Source: Pristiophorus japonicus
Lineage: Eukaryota
Assembly: GCF_044704955.1 (NCBI RefSeq)
Contig: NW_027254589.1
Location: forward strand, 124,001-188,000
DNA length: 64,000 bases
Direction: 5' to 3'
Position numbers and translations under genes: made by a program. This document shows positions 1 to 12,558 of the stretch, one piece after another (the stretch's first letter is position 1; the number at the start of each line of letters is the position of its first letter). The notes beneath the pieces are model-generated. The model saw only the letters and a list, made by a program, of their open reading frames with translations, made no database searches and was not told the origin of the DNA.

Positions 1-1145
1 CTGCTCATTAGTTTTGAGCTCTCTTCTTTGTCAGAATTTGTCGGGCTCGTTCAGCAGTAATTTGATTATGATGTGTTAATGTGGAAAATCACCGGTTGGC
101 ATTGTTGAAGCAGTGTTTAAACTCTTGGGCCGTTGGGCTGGGCCCGTGATTTCTATAGGTCTATTTGCATACCACTAATGGTCTCTGGTGATTAGCCTGA
201 TAGCTCTTGGTGCGTTTATTGTCACTAGGGAGCAAATTTTTATGTCTCACAGTTCTTGTTAGTTATCAATCAACTCATTCTCCCAGATAGATTGAATTCG
301 CTCCAATACCCAATTCCTGAGTGAAGTCCCATCCTCTGTTCTGGCAGCCTGTTGCAAAAATGTTCCTTTAGAGATCTTAAACTGTAAAGCTCTTAGGTAT
401 CTTCCTCAGAGTATTTCCTAGGATACCAAAATGTTCTTCTAGTTCCAAATTAAATTCCCTTTCCTATGAGTCCAAACACTGGTGGGGTGTGGGGGGGGGG
501 GGGGGGGGGGTGGCTCCATGAATGCATCCCCTTTTTTTTTCCCCCTGCATGCCTCGTCTGCCCCTTTAAACTCATTTGTGTCCCAAAGTTTTTCCTTCCA
601 TTTTAAAAGTCCAGAAAGGAATTTTTCTTCTTTGCAGGGGAAAGGTACAAGGAATCTTTGCGAAATATTGGTGAATTCTACAAAGTTATCAACAACCATC
701 ATAGGCAGTCCCTCGAAGTGAGGATGACTTCTTCCACCCAAAAAAGGATGAGTTCACAGGTGTTTCAATGAAGGACCTAATATTCCAGATCCCGAACTAC
801 ATCTTGAAGGGTGGAAGATGCCTGTGCGTGATTTTTTTAACGTGGTGGCCATTGCGCACCAGCCACCACACGGGCTTGACAGAGCTAGGATTAACCAAGA
901 CGACTGGAGACCAGCTCTGCTGCACGGACCTAGTGCACACACATACCGCAGTGTGGACTAGCCCATGCTGAAGTAGAGACCATGTCAGCATTTACGATTC
1001 AGTTAGATGGGTGAATGAACATAAGGAAAATACAGGGATATTGGAAAAAGGCAGGCACATGGGATTAGGACTGTACTGCTTGAGCGGAGGATAATCACAG
1101 ATTGGTTGTGCATGTACTGCCTGTTTCCATGTTGCATGTTCCAAA

Positions 1146-1214
1146 TAGCGCCTTTCACAGCCACCAGAATTGCAAAAGTGCTTTACAGCCAATTAAGGAT
1201 TTTTAGAATGTAGT
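1146..1214 (-). mobile_element. Deu-domain SINE 3' end fragment, split by Gypsy insertion (continues at 5802-5910)
   Basis: 1146-1214 joined to 5802-5910 matches the SINE copy at 42281-42738 (ATAGCGCCTTTCAC...GTAG..ACTGTTGTAATGT.GGAAACACGGCAGCC). Confidence 0.7.
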
Positions 1215-1449
1215 TGTTATGCTCATAATAAAGAATACTGTATGCAATGAGAAGTGTGACCTTAGCTCCCTTAATTAAACTCCAGAGTGTTGGTACAGCA
1301 TGGGAGGCCTGCTTATCTACAGTGCTGCCAAGGGATGTTGGGATCCCTTGGGACTCCAACAGGTAGGCCCTCTGCTGTTGGTGTGATACAGGTTGCCAAG
1401 GGTTATAAAAAACATAACATCACTCCCTCCCAAAGTCAATAGTACACTT

Positions 1450-4400
1450 ATTTACAGGGAGAGACGATCTGGGGCTTTTCGCTCCCTTGTCTATTCTCTC
1501 GGTACAAATACAGGTGTGGGTGAGTTGATTGGCTCTTCACTGGGGTGCTGGGGATGGTGAGTTCAGCTTCATAGTCAACCGTGATATCGGTTGCCACTTG
1601 TGTGTGTTGGAGGGTTGAAGTTGGTGGTGTCCTCTTCGGGTTGCTTATGGCTGTTTGTGACTCGCAATTTGGTTTGGTCCAAATGCTTTCTGCACATTAG
1701 CCCATTGGCCAGTTTGACCCGAAACACGCTACTCCTTTCTTTGCCAGCAAGCCATTTTGGACCATGTCCATAGTGGAGTACAAATACAGCGTCATTGACT
1801 TCAATGTCGTGTGACAAGTTTGCGCGATCATGGTACATGCTTTGTTGATGCCGCCTGCCCTCGACGTGATCATGGAGATCAGGGCGGACAAGAGAGAGCC
1901 TTTTTTTGAATGCCCTTTTCATGAGCAGCTCGGCTGGGGGAACCCCGGGGAGCGAGTGAGGTCTGGTGCAATAGCTGAGCAGGACTCGGGACATGCGGGT
2001 CTGCAGGGAACCTTCGGACATACGTTTCAAGCTTTGCTTGATAGTTTGGACTGCCGGTTCTGCCTGGCCATTGGATGTGGGCTTGAACGGGGCAGATGTG
2101 ATGTGCTTGATCCTATTACGGGTCATGATTTCCTTGAATTCAGCACTGGTGAAACACGGCCCATTGTCGCTGATGAGGACATCAGGCAGGCTGTGTGTGG
2201 CAAACATATGAGGCCCATCAGGCAGGCCATGGCTCATAGGCTGTCGATAGTGGCAGTGGACATGCTTACAGACATTATTACACATTCAATCCATTTTGAA
2301 TAAGCATCCACAACAACCAAGAACATTTTGCCTAGGAATGGGCCCACAAAGTCAACGTGGATCCGAGACCATGACCACAAACTTTAGCGGTGCCTCTCTG
2401 GCTGCATTGCTCAGTTGAGAGCAAGTGTTGCATTGGGGCACGCAAGACTCTAAGCCGGGCCACCACACATGGGATCTGGCTATGGCTTTCATCATTACTA
2501 TGCCTGGGTGGATACTGTGTTGGTCATGTATGAATGTTTCCCTGCCTTTCTTCGACAAAACCACGCGATTACCCCACAAAAGACCATTCGCCTGTATGGA
2601 CATTTCGCCTTTGTGGCACTGGAATGGTTTGATCTCTTCATGCATCTCCGCTGGGACGCTGGACTAGCTCCCATAGAGGACACAGTTTTTTACCAGGGAC
2701 AGTAAAGAATCCTGGCTTTGGCGGGCCGTGATGGGTGACTTTTCATTTTCGAATGCATCCATCACCAAGAGGAAGTCTGCAGGCTGTGCCATTTCCACCC
2801 CGGTGGTGGGCAATGGTAGCCAACTGAGAGCATCAGCGCAGTTCTCTGTGCCTGGTCTGTGGCGGATGACATAGTTGTATGCAGACAGCGTGAGTGCCCA
2901 GCTTTGGATGAGGGCCGAGGCATTGGTGTTAATCCCTTTGTTCTCTGAGAATAGCGATATGTGGGGCTTATGGTCAGTTTGAAGTTCAAACTTGAGACCA
3001 AACAGATACTGGTGCATTTTTTCACCCCATAAACGCACGCCAGAGCTTCTATTTCAATCATATTGTAAGCCCTTTTGACCTTGGACAAACTCTCGGATGC
3101 ATAGGCGATCGGTTGCAATGTTCCCGATTCATTACATAGAAACATAGAAAATAGGTGAAGGAGTAGGCCATTCGGCCCTTCGAGCCTGTACCACCATTCA
3201 ATAAGATCATGGCTGATCATTCATCTCAGTACCCCTTTTCTGCTTTCTCTCCATACCCCTTGATCCCTTTAGCCATAAGGGCCATATCTAACTCCCTCTT
3301 GAATGTTGTAACACACCCGACCCCGTATGATGACGCATCGCAAGCTAGCACTAATAGTTTACATAGGTTATACAGAACAAGCAGTTTGTTGGAACATGAC
3401 AGATTTCTGTCTTTCTCAAAAGCAGCGTCTTGTGATTTCCCCCATAACCAGTCGTCTCCCTTGTGCAGTAGCACATGTCGGGATCTAGCAAGGTGCTTAA
3501 CCCAGGTAAGAAATTACCAAAATGGTTGAGGAGTCCCAGGAATGACCACAGTTCCATCACATTCTGTGGTCTCGGCGCATTCTTGATGGCTTCCGTCTTG
3601 GTGTCGGTGGGTCTGATGCCGCCTGCCGCAATTCTTCGTCCTAAGAACTCGACCCCTGATGCCAGGAAAACACACTTCGAGCATTTCAACCTGAGTCCCA
3701 CGTGATCTAGCCGACTTAGAACCTCTTCCAGGTTCTGCAAGTGTTCGATGGTGTCCCGACCTGTGACCAGTATGTCATCCTGGAAGACTACGATGCACGG
3801 AACCGACTTTAGCAGGCTCTCCATGTTCCATTGGAAAATTGCCTCGACCGAACGAATCCCAAACGGGCATCTGTTGTTGATGAACAGACCTTTGTGCATG
3901 TTGTTGCAGGTGAGGCATTTCGAAGATTCCGCCAGCTCCTGCGTCATGTAGGCTAAGGTCACCTCCAACTTGGAGAACGTCTTTCCTCCAGCCAGGGTCG
4001 CAAATAGGTCATCTGCCTTGGGTAGCGGGTACTGTTCCTGTAGCGAAAAACGGTTAATCGTTATTTTATAGTCCCTAGAAATTCTGACCGTGCCGATGCC
4101 TTTGAGAACTGGAACAATCAGACTGGCCCACTCATTGAACTCCACCAGCATGATGATGCCTACTTGCTGCAGCCTGTCCAGCTCAATTTCCACTTTCTCT
4201 CGCATCATATATGGCACCGCCGTGCCTTGTGGTGGATGGACTGTGTACCGGGAACCAAGTGGATCTGCATCTTAACCCCCGAGAAACTTCCAGTGCCTAG
4301 CTCAAACAACGACGGGAATCTACTCAGATCCTGGGCACATGAGGCGTCGTCGATGGACGAAAGCACTCGGATGTCGTCCCAGTTCCAGCAGACTTTTCCC

Positions 4401-5555
4401 AGCCTGCTTCTAGTGGTAGTTTGTGCACTGCTCCATCATAGGAGACTTTTACTTCTGCGCTGCCAATAACAGGGATCATCTCTTTGGTGTAAGTTCTTAG
4501 CTTGGTGTGAATAGGACTGAGCTTGGGCCTGTGTGCCTTGTTGCACCACAGCCTGTCGAAGGTCTTTTTGCTCATGATAGAGTGACTCGCACCTGTGTCC
4601 AGTTCCATGGATACTGGAATTCCGTTCAGTTCAACTTTTAACATGATCGGTGGACATTTCGTGGTGAAGGTGTGCACCCCGTACACTTCTGCCCCCTCGG
4701 TTCGAGTCTCTAGTTCAGCCTGATCCACAGTGGATCGATCTTCCTCTGCAAAGTGGTGGTTTGTAGCTTGTCTGCTCATTCGCTGGAGGTGTCCCATTGT
4801 TCCACAGCCTTTGCACGCATAGTGTTTGAAGTGGCATTGATGGGCTCGATGATCACCTCCACAGAGCCAACAAGGTGTTAATTGCCTCGCATTAACGATT
4901 GATGGCGGATTCTGGGTCATCTGAGGTCATGTAGCTGCAGGCATGTACGTTCTGCCATATGCATTCCTGCTTGAAAACAACTTTACTTTGTGTTCAGTAC
5001 CAGCCGAAACCTCTTTATGCTGCAAAATTTGTTTGGTGTTATCTCTGGTGGACATGAATGCCTGGGCTATCATTATGGCTTTGCTCAGATTCGGTGTTTC
5101 AACAGTCAATAGTTTGCGAAGGATAACCTCATGGCCAATGTCAAGCACAATAAAGTCTCTTAGCATTTGCTCAAGGAATCCATCGAATTCGCAATGTCCT
5201 GCAAGGCTCCTTAGTTCGGCGACGTATCTCGTCACTTCCTGGCCTTCTGACCATTGACACGCGTAGAACCGATACCTTGCCATCAGAATGCTTTCCTTCG
5301 GATTAAGATGCTCCCGGACCAGCATACACAGTTCTTCATAGGATTTGGTTGTTGGTTTCACCGGAGCTAGAAGATTCTTCATGAGGCCATAGATTGTTGC
5401 CCTACACATGGTAAGGAGGGTCGCCCTTTGTTTGGCAGCATTCTCGTCCCCTTCCAGCTCATTGGCCACGAAGTATTGGTCGAGTCGCTCCACAGAGGCC
5501 TCCCAATCGTCCCCTTCTGAGAGTTTCTCCAGGATACCAACAGTTCTTTGCATTT
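1450..5555 (-). pseudogene. Gypsy gag-pol with stops/frameshifts (gag, CCHC knuckles, protease, RT, RNase H, integrase)
   Basis: ORF fragments with CxxCx4Hx4C knuckles, protease LDTGAS, RT FQDD, RNase H CDAS/TDHKP, integrase SDNG...SNGQAE. Confidence 0.93.
3134..3303 (-). mobile_element. 5'-truncated CR1 LINE 3' end inserted in Gypsy copy 1
   Basis: ACATAGAAACATAGAAA tail and GIKGYGEKA C-terminus match the 3' end of the full CR1 at ~39520-39690. Confidence 0.9.
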
Positions 5556-5918
5556 TTGCGTGATTGTTCATTATCTTGTCGCCAATTGTTGTGCTCATAA
5601 TAAAGTGATACAACTGAGTACTGTATGCAATGAGTAAGTGTGACCTGAGCTCCTTTAATTAAACTCCAGAGTGTTGGTATGGTATGGGAGGCCTGCTTAT
5701 ATACAATGTTCCTAAGGAATGCTGGGATCCCTTGGGACTCCCAACAAGTAGGCCCTCTGGTGGTGGTGTAATACACGTTGCCAAGGGGTACATACATAAC
5801 AGTCGTTACTGTTGTAATGTGGGAAACACGGCAGCCAATTTGCGCACAGCAAGCTACCACAAACAGCAATGTGATAATGACCAGACAATCTGTTTTTGAT
5901 TGAGGGATAAAATTATCA

Positions 5919-6525
5919 ACAACAACTGTTATTTATATAGCACCTTAAACATAGTGAAACTTCCCAAGGGGCTTCACAGGAGTATTATGAGATACAAAAT
6001 TTGACACCGAGCCGCATAAACAGAAATTAGCGCAGGTGATCAAAAGCTTGGTCAAAGAGGTATGTCTTAAGCAGTGTCTTGAAGGAGGAAAGAGAGGTAG
6101 AGAAGCGGAGAGGTTTAGCAGGGAGTTCCAGAGCTTGGGGCCCAGGCAACAGAAGGCACGGCCACCAAATGTGGAGCGATTATAATCAGGAATGTTCAAG
6201 AGGGCAGAATTAGAGAAGCAAAAACATCTCGGGTTGGGGGGCGGTGGGGGTTGTTGTGGAGCTGCAGGAGATTACAGAGATAGGGAGGGGCAAGGCCATG
6301 GAGGGATTTGAAAATAAGTATAATCTTGAAATCGAGGGGTTGCTTAACTGGAAGCCAATGTTAGTCAGCGAGCACAGGGGTGATGGATGAGTGGGACTTG
6401 GTGCGAGTTAGGAAAAGGGCAGCTGACTTTTGGATCACCTCTAGTTTACACAGGGTAGAATGTGGAGGCCGGCTAGGAGTGCGTTGGAATAGTCAAGTCT
6501 CGAGGTAACAAAGGCATGGATGAGT
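5919..6525 (-). mobile_element. LINE (L2/CR1-group) 3' fragment
   Basis: Minus-strand translation GGRAFCCLGPKLWNSL is typical of an ORF2 C-terminus. Related 3' ends occur at 16500, 25024 and 44080. Confidence 0.7.
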
Positions 6526-6539
6526 GTTTCAGTATATTA

Positions 6540-7500
6540 AGAGAAAGGGAGCAGCTGAAGGGGAATGTGGGCCCAATAAAGACAGATGCAGACGAGACTA
6601 TAATAGATAATAAGGTCATGGCAGGCTTGGGCAATGGAAACTTTGCATCTATTTCGAAGAACTTACGAGAATTAATGCATGTAAAAAATGTCATTGTATA
6701 AATATTGGGACTTAAGAGAGACAAATCTGCTGGTTTCCACCCCGGATATTAAAAGAAACCATTGAGGAAATTATAGATGTGTTTGTCATAGTTTTCCAGA
6801 GTCTTCTAGAATCAGGAATTAAGTCCTTGGTCTGGAAAATTGCAAATGGTGCTCCATATTTAAAGAAGGGAGGAGGCAGAAAGCAAGTAACTACTGACCC
6901 TGTCAGTTTAATGTCAGTTGTGGGGAAGTTGCTGGAATAGATCACCAGGACAGAGTGACCGAGCACGCGGACAAGTCTGAGCTGATCAAAGAGAGCCAGC
7001 ACGGACTGTGAAGACTAGGTCATGTCTGGTTCATCGAGCTGAATGTGTTTAGGAGCTCACTCGCATGGTGGATCGGGGAGTGTCTATGGATGTGGTCTGC
7101 ATGAACTTCCAGAAAGATCAGGTTCCTGACAGATTATCAAACATGAGAAGACATGGAATTGAAGGGGACTCAGTGACATGTGTTGTCATTGGTTGAGAGA
7201 TAGGAGACAGTGACAGGTACTCTGATTAGCAGGATGTGACAAGTGGTGTTTCCCAGGGATCGGGACTGGGGCCTCAGCTCTTTACCATATTTATTCGTGA
7301 TTTGGATGAAGGGATTGAGTTGCACATCCAAGATGGCACTAAGTTAGGAGGCACAGGAAGTTGTGCAGATGGGAACAGGAAGTTACAAAGGTACATAGAC
7401 AGACTCATTGAGTGGGCAAAACTATGGCAGGTGGCGTTTATTACAGGGAAGTGTGAGGTCATCTATTTTGGATCCAAGAAAGACAAATCAGAATTTTTTT
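6540..7500 (+). mobile_element. Degenerate CR1 LINE RT fragment
   Basis: VTSGVSQGSGLGPQLFTIFIRDLDEG...KCEVIYFG is homologous to CR1 ORF2. Confidence 0.85.
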
Positions 7501-7626
7501 AAATGTGTTTTACTTGTATGGGGTGTTTGTGAACATCATTGAGTGGGATATGCCTATTTATGGGCTCAATTTTCCCCAAGCCCATTTTCTGGCTTATTCC
7601 CAGAGTTACTGTTGTGTATCTGTAAA

Positions 7627-7817
7627 CTGTAATAAACGCCACCTGCCATAGTTTTGCCCACTCAATGAGTCTGTCTATGTACCTTTGTAACTTCCTGTTC
7701 CCATCTGCACAACTTCCTGTGCCTCCTAACTTAGTGCCATCTTGGATGTGCAACTCAATCCCTTCATCCAAATCACGAATAAATATGGTGAAGAGCTGAG
7801 GCCCCAGTCCCGATCCC
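7627..7817 (-). repeat. 191-bp inverted copy of 7256-7446 inserted in the 5' LTR
   Basis: Reverse complement matches 7256-7446 with one mismatch seen, and the segment is absent from the 3' LTR. Confidence 0.92.
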
Positions 7818-8037
7818 GATCCCATGTTCCGCCACCAGGGAGTGCATCCCCTGAGGTCCCAAGTGATCCCAGCATCCCTTGGGAGCACTCTATATAAGCC
7901 GGCCCCTAAGGCCTGTTCCTCACTCTGGAGTGTCTTAATAAAGACCGCGGTCACTGTTACTTTAACCTCTCTGTGTGCAGTCTCATCTGTGTTAGGAACA
8001 CAATAACTGGCGATGAGTATACGAATCCAACAGAAAG

Positions 8038-11000
8038 ATGCAGCAAACTGTGGGCATCCTGGAGAAGTTCTCGGAGGGTGAGGATTGGGAAGTCGATGTC
8101 GAACGGCTGGACCAGTACTTTGTAGCCAACAAGCTGGATGGAGAAGGAAGCACTGCAAAAAGGAGAGCGGTCCTCCTCATGGTCTGCGGGGCACCGACCT
8201 ACAGCCTCATGAAGAATCTTCTGGCTCCAGTGAAACCCACAGATAAGTCGTATGAGGAGCTGTGTACACTGATTCGGGAGCATGTTAACCCGAGGGAGAG
8301 CGTACTGATGGCGAGGTATCGGTTCTACATCTGCCAGCGATCTGAAGGTCAGGAAGTGGCGAGCTACGTCGCCGAGCTAAGGCGACTTGCAGGACAATGT
8401 GAGTTTGATGGCTACCTGGAGCCAATGCTCAGAGACCTTTTTGTACTAGGCATTGGCCACGAGACCATCCTACGAAAACTTTTGACTGCTTTGACACCGA
8501 CCCTCAGTAAGGCCATTGCAATAGCACAGGCGTTTATGTCCACCAGACAAATCCCTCAGCACACAAGTGACTCAGAGCCTGCAACAAAGGATGAATGCAA
8601 GGTAATTCACACCTTGTTGGCATTGTGGAGGCTTCCATTCAGCCTTTTCATACCGTTTCAAAGGGTATGTTTGAAGAGCTGTGGAACAATGGGGCACCTC
8701 CAACGAGCTTTCAGATGAGCTGCAAGCTCTGCAAAACCTGCTAGCGACCACGTGGCAGAGGAAGATCGGTCCATGGTGGATCAAAGCAATTTCGAGCCTC
8801 AGAGAGAGGAAGCAAATGCTGAAGTACAAGGGGTGCACACATTTTCGACGAAATGTCCACCTATAATGCTAAATGTAAAATTGAATGGTTTACCCGTAGC
8901 CATGGAACTGGCGCTAGCCAATCCATCATGAGTAAAAAGATGTTTGAGAGACTGTGGTGCAACAAGGCATTCAAACCAGCCCTGAGCCCCATCCACACGA
9001 AACTGAGAACGTACACCAAAGAGCTTATCACTGTCCTGGACAGCGCCATGGTCAAGGTCACCTACGAGGGCACGGTGCATGAACTGCCACTCTGGATTGT
9101 CCCAGGCGATGGCCCCACACTGCTTGGGAGGAACTGGCTGGGCAAAATCCGCTGGAACTGGGATGACATCCGAGCGCTATCACATGTCAATGAGGCCTCA
9201 TGTACCCAGGTTCCAAACAAATTTCCTTCCCTTTTTGAGCCAGGCATTGGAAACTTTTCCGGGGCAAAGGTGCGGATCCACTTGGTCCCAGAGGCATGAC
9301 CCATTCACCACAAGACGCGAGCGGTACCTCACATGATGAGGGAGAGAGTGGAAATCGAGCTGGACAGGCATCATCTCCCCAGTGGAATTCAGCGAGTGGG
9401 CCAGCCCGATTGTTCCAGTACTCAAAAGTGATGGCACGGTCAGGATTTGCGGCGATTATAAAGTAACTATTAATCGTTTCTCGCTACAGGACCAATACCC
9501 ACTACCTAAGGCAGATGACCTATTTGCGACGCTGGTAGGAGGCAAGACATTTACCTTGCTCGACCTGACTTCGACCTACATGACGCAGGAGCTGGAGGAG
9601 TCTTCGAAGGGCCTCACCTGCATCAACACGCACAAGGGACTGTTCATCTACAACAGATGCCCGTTTGGAATTCGGTCGGCTGCAGCGATCTTCCAGAGAA
9701 ACATGGAGAGCCTACTCAAGTCGGTACCACGCGCGGTGGTTTTTCAGGACGACATATTGGTCACAGGTCGGGATACCGTCGAGCATCTACAAAACCTGGA
9801 GGAGGTCCTCCAGCGACTGGATCGCGTAGGGCTGCGACTGAAGAGGTCAAAATGCATTTTCATTTGAACAGAAGTGGAGTTTTTGGGGAGAAAGATTGCG
9901 GCGGACGGCATTCGGCCCACAGAGGCTATCAGGAACGCGCCCAGGCCATGGAACATCATGGAGCTGCGGTCGTTCCTGGGATTCCTCAACTATTTTGGTA
10001 ACTTCCTACCGGGGTTAAGCACCCTTTTAGAGCCCCTACATGTGTTATTGCATAAAGGTGAGAACTGGGTATGAGGAAAAAAACAAGTAATTGCTTTTGA
10101 GAAAGCCAGAAACATTTTGTGCTCCAACAAGCTGCTTGTATTGTATAACCTGTTTAAATTACTTGTGCTAGCATGTGATGCGTCGTCGTACGGAGTCAGG
10201 TATGTATTACAATAAGCTAACATTGCGGGGAAGTTGCAACCTGTCGCCTATGCCTCCAGGAGCTCGTCTAAGGCCGAGAGGCCAGGCACCGAGAACTGTG
10301 CGGATGGAAATGGCGCAGCCTGCAAACTTGTTGATGGTGGCGCAGCTCGCAGACTTGTTGATGGTCATGGAAGCATTTGAAAATGATAAATCACCTGTCA
10401 CGGCCCGCCAGATTAGGACTTGGACCAGCTAAGATCCTCTGCTGTCCCTAGTAAAAAACTGTGTACTGCATGGGAGCTGGGCCAGCATCCCGTTGAAATG
10501 CAAGAGCTAATCAAGCCGTTCCAGCGGCAAAAGGACGAGCTGTCCATTCAGGCAGACTGCCTGTTGTGGGGTAACCGCGTAGTGCTACCCAAAAAGGGCA
10601 GGGAAATGTTCATCTCGGATCTCCACAGCACACACCCGGGTATAGTAATGATGAAAGCGATAGCCAGATCCCATGTGTGGTGGCCCGATATCAACTCTGA
10701 CTTAGAGTCTTGTGTACGGCAATACAGCGGATGTGCTCAGTTGAGCAACGCGCCCAGAGAGGCACCACTAGGTTTGTGGTCCTGGCCCTCCAGACCATGG
10801 TCAAGGATCCATGTCGACTATGCGAGCCTGTTTCTCAGTAAAATGTTCCTGGTAGTGGTGGATGATTTTTCAAAATGGATTGAATGTGAAATAATGTCGG
10901 GAAGCACCGCCACCGCCACCATTGAAAGCCTGAGGGCCATGTTTGCCACCCACGGCCTGCCTGACATACTGGTCAGTGACAACGGGCCATGTTTCATCAG

Positions 11001-11751
11001 TGCCGAATTTAAAGAATTCATGGCCCGAAATGGGATCAAACATGTCACCTTGGCCCCGTTTAAACCAGCCTCCAATGGGCAGGCAGAGCGGGCAGTACAA
11101 ACAATCAAACAGAGCCTTAAACGAGTGACAGAAGGCTCACTCCAAACCCGCCTGTCCCGAGTACTGCTCAGCTACCTCACGAGACCCCACTCGCTCACAG
11201 GGGTGCCCCCGGCTGAGCTACTCATGAAAAGGACACTTAAAACCAGACTCTCACTGGTTCACCCCAACCTGCATGATCAGGTAGAGAGCAGGCAGCAGCA
11301 ACAAAATGTAAACAATGGTCGCGCCACTGTGTCACGGGAAATTGATCTGAATGACCCTGTGTCTGTGCTAAACTATGGACATGGTCCCAAGTGGATCACG
11401 GGCAAGGTGCTAGCTAAAACAGGGAGTAGGGTGTTTGTAATCAAACTAGACAATGGACAAATTTGCAAAAAGCACCTGGACCAAACGAGGCTGCGGTTCA
11501 CAGACTGCCCTGAACAACACACCACCTTTTTCGAGCCCACAACACACACCCAAAGGATCAACGACACCACCCCGGACCAGGGAATCGAACCCATCATGCC
11601 CAACAGCCCAGCAAGGCCAGGCTCACCCAGCAGCCCTACAGGGCCAACAACACGCCAGCCCAGAGAGGGCACAGCCAACACACCAGAACAGACATTTGTA
11701 CCGAGGCGGTCCACCAGGGAAAGAAAGGCTCCCGACCACCTCACCTTGTAA
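8038..11751 (+). pseudogene. Gypsy gag-pol with frameshifts and deletions; integrase ORF still open
   Basis: gag MQQTVGILEKF..., RT FQDD, integrase H-H-C-C/DDE region (RIHVDY, SDNG, SNGQAER) in ORF 10420-11751. Confidence 0.93.
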
Positions 11752-11759
11752 ATAGTTTT

Positions 11760-12005
11760 TGTAAAGTCCTTGCAGTACAGACTCACACGAAGCATATGCT
11801 GAAGCCAAGGTCACTCAGGACCTGCACCTTTATTACACAGCTCTCGAATGCCATACTTGCCTGAGGCCTGTCCTTATATACCTGTCTGGGACAGGTATCC
11901 AGCGTCTTCTGCAAGTGCACCCCTGGTGGTACAGGTCATCTCTAGTTACAGTCATGTATAGCATGGTAAGATACAGTTATGTACAGTAGTGTGAGATACA
12001 TGACA
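11760..12005 (-). mobile_element. Solo LTR of a different family nested in Gypsy copy 2
   Basis: TG...CA termini, perfect 5-bp TSD GTTTT (11755-11759 and 12006-12010), TATA and AATAAA on the minus strand. Confidence 0.85.
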
Positions 12006-12558
12006 GTTTTCACTTTGACTATGGGGGGGAGTGATGTTGTGTATCTGTAAAACATGCACTCCCATGTTCCGCCACTGGGGAGTGCATCCCCTGAAGTCCC
12101 AAGGGATCCCAGCATCCCTTGGGAGCACTGTATATAAGCCGGTCCCGAAGGCCTGTTCCTCACTCTGGAGTGTCTTAATAAAGACTGCGGTCACTGTTAC
12201 TTTAACCTCTCTGTGTGCAGTCTCATCTGTGTTAGGAACATAATAGTTAGGCCCGTTTTTATAGGCCAGAAATGCTGCCGAAATATTTTGCCAAAGTTTC
12301 CTCGATGCATAATTCGAAGTTGGCTCCGCACATCGTGTCCAGTCACCTTGGGAGGTGGAGCCTGCTGTCTGTGCCAAAAAACGATGCCGCACCTTCTGCA
12401 CATGCGTGCGAAAAAAAGTTATGTTTTTGACATCGTTCCAATGGATGCACATGCTCAGTACAGCTCAGATTTGGCAATCGCATTTTTAAAGAGCCAGTTG
12501 TGTGTGTTACAAGTGCTGCGTGAGAGCATTAGAAAAATCGCAGCTGCAGCAGTACAAG

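Larger units (their letters stand above)
1215..5801 (-). mobile_element. Gypsy/Ty3 LTR retrotransposon copy 1 (defective)
   Basis: Similar LTRs at 1215-1419 and 5587-5801 (TGTT...AACA). PBS TGGCGAC on the minus strand next to 5587, PPT GGGAGGGAGTGA next to 1420, 5-bp TSD GTAGT/GTCGT. Confidence 0.95.
7610..12245 (+). mobile_element. Gypsy/Ty3 LTR retrotransposon copy 2 (defective)
   Basis: LTRs at 7610-8005 (with insertion) and 12035-12245. PBS TGGCGA at 8008, PPT GGGGGGGAGTGA at 12023-12034, TSD GTTAC/GTTAG. Confidence 0.95.

Noticed and set aside
1-990. Possible decayed gag on the minus strand, a G run at 484-512, and a short interspersed repeat at ~730-990
   Set aside because: Many stops and no diagnostic motif; cannot be classified from the window alone.
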